Source: Bacteroidales bacterium (GTDB lineage: Bacteria > Bacteroidota > Bacteroidia > Bacteroidales > ML635J-15). From it: a stretch of DNA of 64,000 nt. A program made the translations under genes and the position numbers. Location: assembly GCA_017620015.1 (NCBI GenBank), contig JAFZRE010000007.1, positions 12,129-76,128 on the forward strand. The letters run 5' to 3'. Shown piece by piece: positions 21,001 through 26,364 of the stretch (positions are counted from its first letter, which is position 1; the number at the start of each line of letters is the position of its first letter). The notes beneath the pieces are model-generated. The model was given only the letters and a program-made list of their open reading frames with translations, did no database searches and was not told where the DNA came from.

Positions 21001-24000
21001 TCGGTGTTAATTCTTACATACTTTATTGCATCGGTATTTGTAACTACTGCCCCATCGTCGAAATCGTAGAAAGTTACCGACGACTCGTAGCACTGGGTCG
21101 AGCAGTTCAAACCATCGGGTATGAATGTTGTTTCGGCCTGACCGAGCGAAGTTTCAATTGTATAAGGTTCGGGGTTAACTTCAATGTCGGAACCTGTACC
21201 ACCGACTGTTATCGGACGGCTATCGCCAACACATATTTCTCCGAGTGCAAAGTTGCTGATATTTGTATCCAAGCCGTTCGATACGCGGATTCTACCGTGA
21301 GCCACCGATGAGCAATATCCTTCGGTAACAGTAAGTGAAACATCGTAGCCCTGCTGAGCATCAGGAGTATATGAAGCGTCCTGCGTAGTTACAACGTATG
21401 GCGGAATTCCACCGTGAGGATTTACGCTCCATCTCCACGTAGGATTGGTATAACCAGTCTGCGTTCCTCCCATATTTACACCAGAACCGAGGCACACATC
21501 AAAATAGTATCTTCCGCCAATCTCCTCTGTGTATCCTGTCATTGCAACAGTAGCATCGGGGCAGTTTATTTCGCACATTGGAGCATTAATATAAGTGATT
21601 CTTTCGCAGTTGGTGGTTGAAGATACAAACGCAGCTCTAATGGTATGTTCCTGATTATCGCCAGTGATTCCGCTCAACGAGTACGAAATTGGGCTTACGA
21701 AAGGCGGATAGAACACCTGCGATATAGCACCGTCGGATATTGTCAAAGTACCATCTACTGGCGGGTCGGTAAAGTTGATGTTACCGCTAACCGTGAATGT
21801 CTGGTCTGCAGCGCAGTCACCAACAATTGTAGTAACACTTGTAATGTTACAGTCGTTTACAATAGTACAGTCGGAACGACCAGAACCAGACTGAGTAATG
21901 TTGGACTGAACTATAGATATTTCACCTGCACAGTTTGCAAAGTTAGCAACCAACAGCACATAAATCTCGCCTTCCACAGCATTTTGAATCTGCAAATATT
22001 CGACAGCCGAAGTTGAGCCACCGAAATCGACCAGATTGCCAACCGGCTCTGCCAATGCGTATGTACTACAAATTGCAGAAGAAGTTGTGGTTGATGAAGT
22101 CGGAGTTACTCCATTATAACTTGGTCCGTAATACGAAGCCTGGTCTGCTCCCGAATAATAAGAATATGTTAATCCGGAAGGCGTTGACAAGTCGTTTGTA
22201 ATGTCGCAGGTTGGGTTGTCGAAAGGTCCCCAGCAGCCGAAATCGACATCACCGCAGGACGATATTGTCATTTGTATAGGTCCCGTCTGTGATACACGCA
22301 GGTACCACCAAGTAGGATTGTCGAAGAAGGAACACATACCATCCAGATTTTCAATCTCGGGATCATTCGACTCTACCGTCAAGTCGTAACCCGTACTTTC
22401 ATTCGTAGCACAGAAAGCCATGGCCGATTCGCAGTCGGAACTACCTGTGATTACCGGCGGCTGGTCAGAGAAAATTGCATATAATGTTACATCTGCGCAG
22501 CCCAAATCGACAGTAGAACCAGCATTATATGGTGTCCCAGAACCATTAGCAGCAGTATTCCATCCTATGAAATATGGCAGGCTCGAACATGTAGGTTCAG
22601 TTGTCGTAACTACAGCCGAAGTTCCTGTTACACTTGCTGGTGCGGCACTTGCAGTACCCGAACAACCAGAAGTTGTATTATATGTCAACCTATGCGATGA
22701 GCCAGAAACAGTAACGGTATAAGAACCTGATGCTCCGCAATATCCGTTATAAGAATCAACTCGTGCGGTAATGACGACAGAACCAGAACTATGAGCCGTA
22801 ACAACACCAGTCGAAGACACCGACGCAATACTAGGATTTGACGAAGTCCAAGTAACTGTACCACCTGTTACAGGGCTAAGCGTATATGACTGCGAAGTTG
22901 TTCCCGTACAACTTGTTATATTGACCGTGGAATTATTAAAAGTCAAAGTTCTTTGGTTACAATCTTCGATACATATCTTTGTATTAGGATAGTTGGCTGA
23001 CAGTGTTCCTGAAGGAGGAGATGCCGGGTCAACATCAGAACCATCAGTATAATAATACAATGTTGTATTGCCCGAACCTGCAGTATAATAGAATGTATAA
23101 GAAGTTCCATCGTAAGCGTCGGAATTATCATCAATAGCAATTACCAAATTGCCAGTTCCATCGTAATAGTACGGGTCAGTCAATGTGAATGAGTTCCATC
23201 CCGAAGAACAGTTAAGAGGACCGGAATAAACAAGTGTCAAATCCGACAAAGGAATCCATGACGTTGAAGATGCAAATGCTGAATTTGATGTCTCTCCCAT
23301 ATATATATTGACATTTGTCTTGGATGACATCGCCGTAGTATAGCAATAATTGAATCCGATGGAAGTAATATCACCAGCTCCAGTTGACATTGGGAAAATA
23401 TACTGGTAATATCCGTAGTGGTAAAAATTATTTACAGGACCGTATGAGTACGAACATGTAGTTCCATCACCTATCCTAGCGCATCCATCGTTTACATTTA
23501 CAACAAGATTCACCACCTTACTGCAATAGTCGGAATCGGAAGATGTGTATTCAATTCTTATTGTAGCAGTTCCTTCCGTCACAGCGGTTATAACACCGTT
23601 CGAACTTACTGTTGCGACACTAGTATTCAACGATGTGTAAGAAAGTGTTCCTGTAGGATAAAGCTGATTTGTAAGGCAATTCGAGATATTATAGGTACTC
23701 CCCTGTGTGATATTTATTGAGCTTGGGTTAAGTGCGAAAGTACCTGTAGGCTGTGTACAATCGTTTGATATACAGAACTGTGTGTTTGGATAATTTGCAG
23801 CAAAACTTCCTGTCGGTGGAGATGCCGGGTCGGGATTAGTACCATCCGAGGTGTAATACAACATTACATTTGACGAACCTGTAGTATAATAGAAAGTATA
23901 ACTTGAACCGTCATAATTTCCGGAATTATCATCTATTGCCACCACAAGATTATCCGTACCATTGTAGTCAAAAGGAGCTGCGAGTGTATATGTATTCCAT

Positions 24001-25283
24001 CCTGTCGTACAATTCATTGCACCCGAATACACCAACGTCAAGTTGCTCAGAGGAATCCAGCCGTCAGTAGATGAGAATGCCGACTGGGTAGTAGTTCCCA
24101 TATAGATATTTACACTGTTCTTGGATGACATTGCCGTTGTATAGCAATACTGGAAAGATATTGAAGTTATAGTTCCTGCCGTCAGGCTTGATGCAGGATA
24201 AATTATTTGCCTGTAACCATAATTCCAAAAATCATTAATAGGAGCATAAACATTGGAGCAAGTGGTTCCAGTTCCTATAGTAATACAATCCGTAGGATTA
24301 GTAGAGCCTCCGCAACCTGTTGCAGTTACCGTAGCAACCCAGCCATCCTTTGGAATAGAAGTATCAGAAGTCCATACTATTGTCATTCTTCCGCTTGTTG
24401 CAATTAGCTGACCAGGGATAGTCGTACCACTGTATTCGCTCAGAAGTACAGTTCCCGATGTTGTGCCATCGTAAATTGTTATCTTATCAAAACTTGACTC
24501 GGTATTAAACGAAGTGAAAGCCAATATAATGTTACCTGTTGATGTGAATGTTGCGGTCATACTTTCACTATTTGAATACTGACCGTTTTCTCCACCTGAA
24601 TCGTAGAAGCAATATGTTGTTCCGCACTCGATTGTCCTTGTCAACCCCGCTGCCATATTAAACGAGGAGGCACATGTATTAGTACCGCCAGATGTATATC
24701 CTGTAACAACAACATCATCAATATAAATACCGTAGCCATAACAAGAATTACCACGGAATCTTATCTGATAATTAGCAGAAAGGTTTTGCAGATTTATGGT
24801 TTGCAGAGTCCACGATGAAATACTCGACGTATAAGAATTTAACAAGGTCCATGTACCGCCAGTTGAATTTCTGTAATACACGCTCAAATCGTCGGCATCA
24901 CTTGCCCAGTCTTGTTTATGCAAATAAAATGTCAATGTTGCACTTGCATACGCCGACAAATCCATATATGGAGTCAGCAATTCGTTCCAATCGCAATCGG
25001 AATCGCCATAATACATTCCTGCACAATAAGTGCCTGCATGCGCACTGCTTGGTGTAGATGTACTACCTATTCCATTACTTACCATTTGCCATTCTGGAGA
25101 AGAGTATGTTTGAGACCAGCCTGACGGCATACTTCCACCATGCTCGAAGTTTTCAGACAAAACAACCACCTGTCCCCACGCTGTGCCAAATGTCATACAG
25201 CACGCAAATGCCATGACAGCAGACAAAACCCGCTTTCGCATAGGCATCATCTTATTAACAATTATATGATATATATTTTTCAT
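11778..25283 (-). CDS. giant (4501 aa) multi-domain surface protein with SprB repeats and a type B T9SS (gliding-motility-associated) C-terminal domain
   Basis: Uninterrupted ORF. Domains in order: signal peptide (MRKRVLSAVMAFACCMTFGTAWGQ); MAM/choice-of-anchor-J-like; CUB-like; a duplicated ~175-aa module, each copy followed by Big_2; Listeria-Bacteroides repeat; P-domain motifs; He_PIG-like repeats; 17 repeats of ~78 aa ending VTxTxxNGC; 7 SprB repeats; CTD IPNVFTPNGDGVNDTW...IFNRWGQLMF...WDG...PAGTYMYVIDL. The true start could be M12-M15. Confidence 0.9.
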   Translation of the reverse strand: MKNIYHIIVNKMMPMRKRVLSAVMAFACCMTFGTAWGQVVVLSENFEHGGSMPSGWSQTYSSPEWQMVSNGIGSTSTPSSAHAGTYCAGMYYGDSDCDWNELLTPYMDLSAYASATLTFYLHKQDWASDADDLSVYYRNSTGGTWTLLNSYTSSISSWTLQTINLQNLSANYQIRFRGNSCYGYGIYIDDVVVTGYTSGGTNTCASSFNMAAGLTRTIECGTTYCFYDSGGENGQYSNSESMTATFTSTGNIILAFTSFNTESSFDKITIYDGTTSGTVLLSEYSGTTIPGQLIATSGRMTIVWTSDTSIPKDGWVATVTATGCGGSTNPTDCITIGTGTTCSNVYAPINDFWNYGYRQIIYPASSLTAGTITSISFQYCYTTAMSSKNSVNIYMGTTTQSAFSSTDGWIPLSNLTLVYSGAMNCTTGWNTYTLAAPFDYNGTDNLVVAIDDNSGNYDGSSYTFYYTTGSSNVMLYYTSDGTNPDPASPPTGSFAANYPNTQFCISNDCTQPTGTFALNPSSINITQGSTYNISNCLTNQLYPTGTLSYTSLNTSVATVSSNGVITAVTEGTATIRIEYTSSDSDYCSKVVNLVVNVNDGCARIGDGTTCSYSYGPVNNFYHYGYYQYIFPMSTGAGDITSIGFNYCYTTAMSSKTNVNIYMGETSNSAFASSTSWIPLSDLTLVYSGPLNCSSGWNSFTLTDPYYYDGTGNLVIAIDDNSDAYDGTSYTFYYTAGSGNTTLYYYTDGSDVDPASPPSGTLSANYPNTKICIEDCNQRTLTFNNSTVNITSCTGTTSQSYTLSPVTGGTVTWTSSNPSIASVSSTGVVTAHSSGSVVITARVDSYNGYCGASGSYTVTVSGSSHRLTYNTTSGCSGTASAAPASVTGTSAVVTTTEPTCSSLPYFIGWNTAANGSGTPYNAGSTVDLGCADVTLYAIFSDQPPVITGSSDCESAMAFCATNESTGYDLTVESNDPEIENLDGMCSFFDNPTWWYLRVSQTGPIQMTISSCGDVDFGCWGPFDNPTCDITNDLSTPSGLTYSYYSGADQASYYGPSYNGVTPTSSTTTSSAICSTYALAEPVGNLVDFGGSTSAVEYLQIQNAVEGEIYVLLVANFANCAGEISIVQSNITQSGSGRSDCTIVNDCNITSVTTIVGDCAADQTFTVSGNINFTDPPVDGTLTISDGAISQVFYPPFVSPISYSLSGITGDNQEHTIRAAFVSSTTNCERITYINAPMCEINCPDATVAMTGYTEEIGGRYYFDVCLGSGVNMGGTQTGYTNPTWRWSVNPHGGIPPYVVTTQDASYTPDAQQGYDVSLTVTEGYCSSVAHGRIRVSNGLDTNISNFALGEICVGDSRPITVGGTGSDIEVNPEPYTIETSLGQAETTFIPDGLNCSTQCYESSVTFYDFDDGAVVTNTDAIKYVRINTEHSFIGDIQIKITCPEHNGVRRSAILLPDYYSNDPSSSVYSGNAIDPYTYTWPDVTATTSWRVGSSSTTFYTGDNMLGRTYNSPEGATYTYNGNTYYLLTFSTAQDAWNYVHSYLEQYFPGHEYTVYSINSGSYYAIAYTVTDDNGTTRYYVWMTNDSTTGNDAYTFTSQAAAQYYVNTVLGGNGVVTSFTNNSYTRIYFGEPDIYDVVDSENLTASEICDGSNPHNIPGIGYDYAWTSNSQYTTVGYVYDVSNMSSSTTVYNNGTASSNTLHHVLPSNVENGTQMYQPFQNFGSLIGCPLNGEWTISVCDSWAADNGYVFDWEIALSEDLLPSNWDYTVELESVSNDCGSIATVSGNNIVVAPQTATNGQQSCNIILTDNIGCTTDIPMTYSAVAPTITHVTTSGNELQTVCEGQSITDIVYTLGGVATGAVISWTPSTPDGVTMNVSGNTVTVSGAPALHDTYNYTITTVSRTGLRCTEQVVTGRIIVNEGNIVPTFDPAEPYCEGSTVNALPTTSTNGITGHWEPDIMNRTYTYTFVPDPGQCATITTMQVTVNPLPTLEYTSGDETLCGGETNANIVFTYGGGANGADVINLPAGMTFETYPSDNRIVISGVPTVGAGLYPYTITTTGATTPCTNISETRTITVVDPATLTLTTGTATQTVCEGGDVNFVYTYGGAAGGAEVVGSLPSGLTSSVNTANHTITISGRPTESGSFTVSTTNETAPCGNQTLTGNVVISQPAELTLLSGSPDAVLCVEITWTQNIRYSFGGSATGIDLVALNNDLPDGITASVSGNVVTISGTPALDVEAGDYTYTITTTGAEAPCENISRSGVISISTNATLVLTSAVGTDNQNICMPGTFTNIVYTYGGGATGIDEDALRNDLPAGLSFTVNHTAQTVTIYGTPTETGVFPYTVVTTGVIPPCKPEEKQGFITLRPSVELEINGNANQNFCLGSSMSDIVFTYGGGAVDVAIVGGILPDGINAISDGVNHTVTLSGTPLNAGTYTFNVTTTGAISPCTDVVIPVSITVYDTPNVSITASADEICNGSSVSMTSAPATFTSYRWTCNTTSDATHTITNGMPTSSTSSSVSVNPTVTPGSADVVYVLRVTDANTCTATVSHTVNVSSTSTAEIAKVDNTRCTDPYNGSITVSNFAGGVAGSTYTVTVTGQTAQTTTGDAVTFSNLEVGTYMVRITNETTSANCYTEQDIVVGDSPTSPTVSISGSLSICEGTSTTLTAHGANGLAEYTYRWSNGTTGAELVTPDLNTQTPYTVTVTDANNCTAANTVNVVIGDTPAVEVTADNACLNDAIVLQAHVSNAGTGYTVTWDATPSAAAAGLLTTSGERITVTPTAADSYTYTATLHANSCGTSGTFDISDDETITVYPLPTPSITPTTAVINCSNNSQVSAVAGGGVSYAWSNSATTASATFNAVGPYQVTVTDANGCSATSEIVITGDFAEPNLDITLNPNTTEITCTDNSIKIIASTDTDGAHLEINGSTVSNPYIEMVDANMVDPVTGVYVFEITSVAPNGCTHTETVEITRDINTPTVSINQPATNTLNCTTGSITLSAVGTGTMVWTPSNVATHANYPTDGLYTVTTSYDNGCTASATIHIDRDVTVPVPHISPSTQDELTLNCSIHSIALVASVESGDASYAWYQGPHEATYNVLEPGVYTVTATLANGCSASTNVEVFEDAELPSVSIDPPAVLTCSTQSIGLIVQTSPVGINLSWANGIDPTNITEPGQYRVTATAQNGCSRSASVTVTQDIVKPNVAITQPATTVLTCYNSYNNIPITLNATTTTDGATLSWTNGTLDVLAPGLYSVMATAPNGCDSTATIEITEDVQIPNVEIGNNSNTTVITCGGPSISVTLIDDSDADIYTWSGGENTTGTGNSFTSAGTYYVTATSPNGCTAMDQITITTDLAQPSVTITNNTTPETTTLTCDISTIYVTAVGSNRVVSYRWSGGSYTNQAPNELTTIGHYVVTVTADNGCTASNYIDIDETMGRPHVEITAPNTTLTCAITQVPITASGDAVSYAWSGGLYPNAAANTVNATGTYTVTATASNGCTAVNAVTITENITPPTVTIRNDGGFNEINCNSTSVHAIATGTGVSYTWPGGYEGAEINLTVSGTYTVTAYGSNGCSNTAYMVITEDLTPPTPVITSVNSIYTLDCNHDEITLNVAGGVSYLWYNGQTGSRITINTPGTYHVTATARNGCTGEAEIVIDEDLTQPYVHIDNVTGSDALTCNITEVEIIAQGGTAFAWSNQLWGGGPSQVVRTPGTYRVSVTGANGCVGTDEITIRSDIDPPTVDVNSITDSFELNCSVSQINVTAYGNGIEYVWSGGSNTTGYTNSFVGAGTYTVTSTGFNGCTNTATFTITSNHAAPDINISNETGTNVIDCNNPQIHVVMTGQNATYEWDDGYTTSDRTFYSMGQYSVTATGTNGCTASASIGITEDTELPNVTIINNTGSTELNCFNTSIAVTANGGQSYVWDDGTMSPSNTFSSPGTYTVVATGANGCTNSTVVVISQAATFAAEISSIGTIACYGGTTSATVTPIGGNPSYSYEWSDGQRTQTAVGLLAGNYIVTVSDSGGCNVALQCTINQPLELVATVASRDLICGVSRGSLSAVVGGGTQPYNYIWSNGITTVDNNDLVVGQYALTVSDVNNCMATATAQVMRQGILSVNAHVTQQISCHGANDGIIAAECPNAAEPLFYTWSTGNASPEIYNLFAGSYMVTVTDAWGCTGQAGANLVSPPEMNLQTYIETPLCHDSQDGKIIATAFGGVAPYTYAWNTSSNETELDNLGMGTYSLTITDAVGCSAVKSVVLEAPAALVVETVTNEIKCNGDKNGRIEVNVSGGVEPYSYSIDELATPTLNNVFNNMIAGYYMVRVVDNNGCEANKPTLLGQPEALHVETVYENPFCRSSRTGSIEIRVNGGTGPYLYYWNTSKADVSIMQNIPAGDYVVGVIDANECKSEEITITLTDVDVPCLRIPNVFTPNGDGVNDTWLIENIEMFPAAEVYIFNRWGQLMFTSKGYTEPWDGSYRGHFVPAGTYMYVIDLFNDEEPYEGTVTILY
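12039..13410 (-). repeat. 7 SprB-type repeats (protein level)
   Basis: Recurrent C(N/H/Y)G..(D/N)G.I.....GG..PY.Y.W, followed by L.AG.Y.VTV.D..GC. An example is IKCNGDKNGRIEVNVSGGVEPYSYSI. Confidence 0.75.
13410..17340 (-). repeat. 17 tandem ~78-aa Ig-like repeats (protein level)
   Basis: Each unit has L(T/N)C...I.L.A.......Y.WS.G.......V...G.Y.VT.T..NGC(T/S). I counted 17 NGC-type ends. Confidence 0.75.
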
Positions 25284-25294
25284 AGTCGTATATT

Positions 25295-25882
25295 TTATCT
25301 GTTCTTACTATTTTCATTATTGTTTGCAGGAGAAACCTTGTCGGTGCCATTTCCTGTGCGCACTTCTTCTGCTGGAGCTGCCTGCAACTGAAGTCCGCCA
25401 TTCTTTGGAGCAGACATTTCTTCTGTGGCAGACTTATGGTTTGCACTGCCAGCAGGCTGCAAAGCCTCATCTGCAGAAGCCTTATGAGGCTTTACTGTCA
25501 CATTCGACTTCGGCTTCCCAGTGCTTGGCGGATCGTTTGGCGGAAAATCGCCAACCTGAGCCTTGTATTCTGCCAATGCTTCATTTACCGCATCGACAAC
25601 CATGTCGGGTTCTACACGCTGCAAGGCTTCATACATGAAAGTCTTGCCGTTAGTATATATTGCAACTCTATTAATATCAGGATTTTCGAGTACAACCTTT
25701 GTTACAAACTCGCGCATCTCGGCAGAATTAGGAAAATCCTCCATCTTGAAATACGTGATACGTGTTCCGTCTTCGTAAAACTTCGTAACACCGCTGTCAA
25801 AAAGCTTCACCTGGGAAAAAACAGGCATACAAATCAACATAACAGATATGCCTAAGACCAGTCTTAACAAATATCTCTCCAT
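25295..25882 (-). CDS. hypothetical secreted protein (structured ~110-aa N-domain plus disordered P/A/K/N-rich tail), co-transcribed with giant gene 1
   Basis: 195 aa with signal peptide MERYLLRLVLGISVMLICMPVFSQ. The stop lies 11 nt before the giant-gene ATG. I recognise no family. Confidence 0.7.
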   Translation of the reverse strand: MERYLLRLVLGISVMLICMPVFSQVKLFDSGVTKFYEDGTRITYFKMEDFPNSAEMREFVTKVVLENPDINRVAIYTNGKTFMYEALQRVEPDMVVDAVNEALAEYKAQVGDFPPNDPPSTGKPKSNVTVKPHKASADEALQPAGSANHKSATEEMSAPKNGGLQLQAAPAEEVRTGNGTDKVSPANNNENSKNR

Positions 25883-25968
25883 ACTCTACTACATTTAAAA
25901 TCAACTATATATACAATCTACTCTCTTACTCTTCTGTACCGTCAAAAAACAATTACAGAAATATCGTT

Positions 25969-25976
25969 CAAATTTA
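25969..25976 (-). promoter_or_regulatory. candidate -7 box (TAAATTTG) for the 195-aa ORF / giant gene 1 operon
   Basis: The minus-strand sequence matches TAnnTTTG, 86 nt upstream of the ATG at 25882. Confidence 0.3.
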
Positions 25977-26036
25977 CACAATGATTTTTAAAATGCAAAA
26001 GAAATTTTAAAAAATTTTTAACGCGATTTTAAAAGC

Positions 26037-26069
26037 ACAAAAAAAAAGGTTGCCCCGAAAAGGGCAACC
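26037..26069 (-). terminator. rho-independent terminator of giant gene 2
   Basis: Stem GGTTGCCC (26048-26055) pairs with GGGCAACC (26062-26069). The A-run at 26038-26047 gives a T-run after the hairpin on the minus strand. A second imperfect hairpin (TTTGTGGCGTCG...CGACACCACAAA) lies at about 26089-26124. Confidence 0.7.
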
Positions 26070-26130
26070 ATATTCGATTTTTATCATTTTTTGTGGCGTC
26101 GTGGCGCACCGCGACACCACAAATTATACA

Positions 26131-26364
26131 TTACTCCACAACAAACCTTTCAACATATACCCTGTCGCCAGAAATAAACCTTGCAAAATAAACGCCAGGC
26201 TTCAGGTCGTGGTAGAACTCCATTGTCATTCCTTCGTCAACATAAATGTCGCGAACATCAACGATAGCACCACTTGCATCAACAAGCTGATAAACGACAT
26301 CACCGCTTATGCCAGCAAAGTCAACCATGAAGCGACCATCGTTAGGATTCGGGTATAGCGATGC
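26131..26364 (-). other. type A T9SS C-terminal domain (Por_Secre_tail/TIGR04183-like pattern)
   Basis: The last 77 aa are ASLYPNPNDGRFMVDFAGISGDVVYQLVDASGAIVDVRDIYVDEGMTMEFYHDLKPGVYFARFISGDRVYVERFVVE. Confidence 0.8.
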
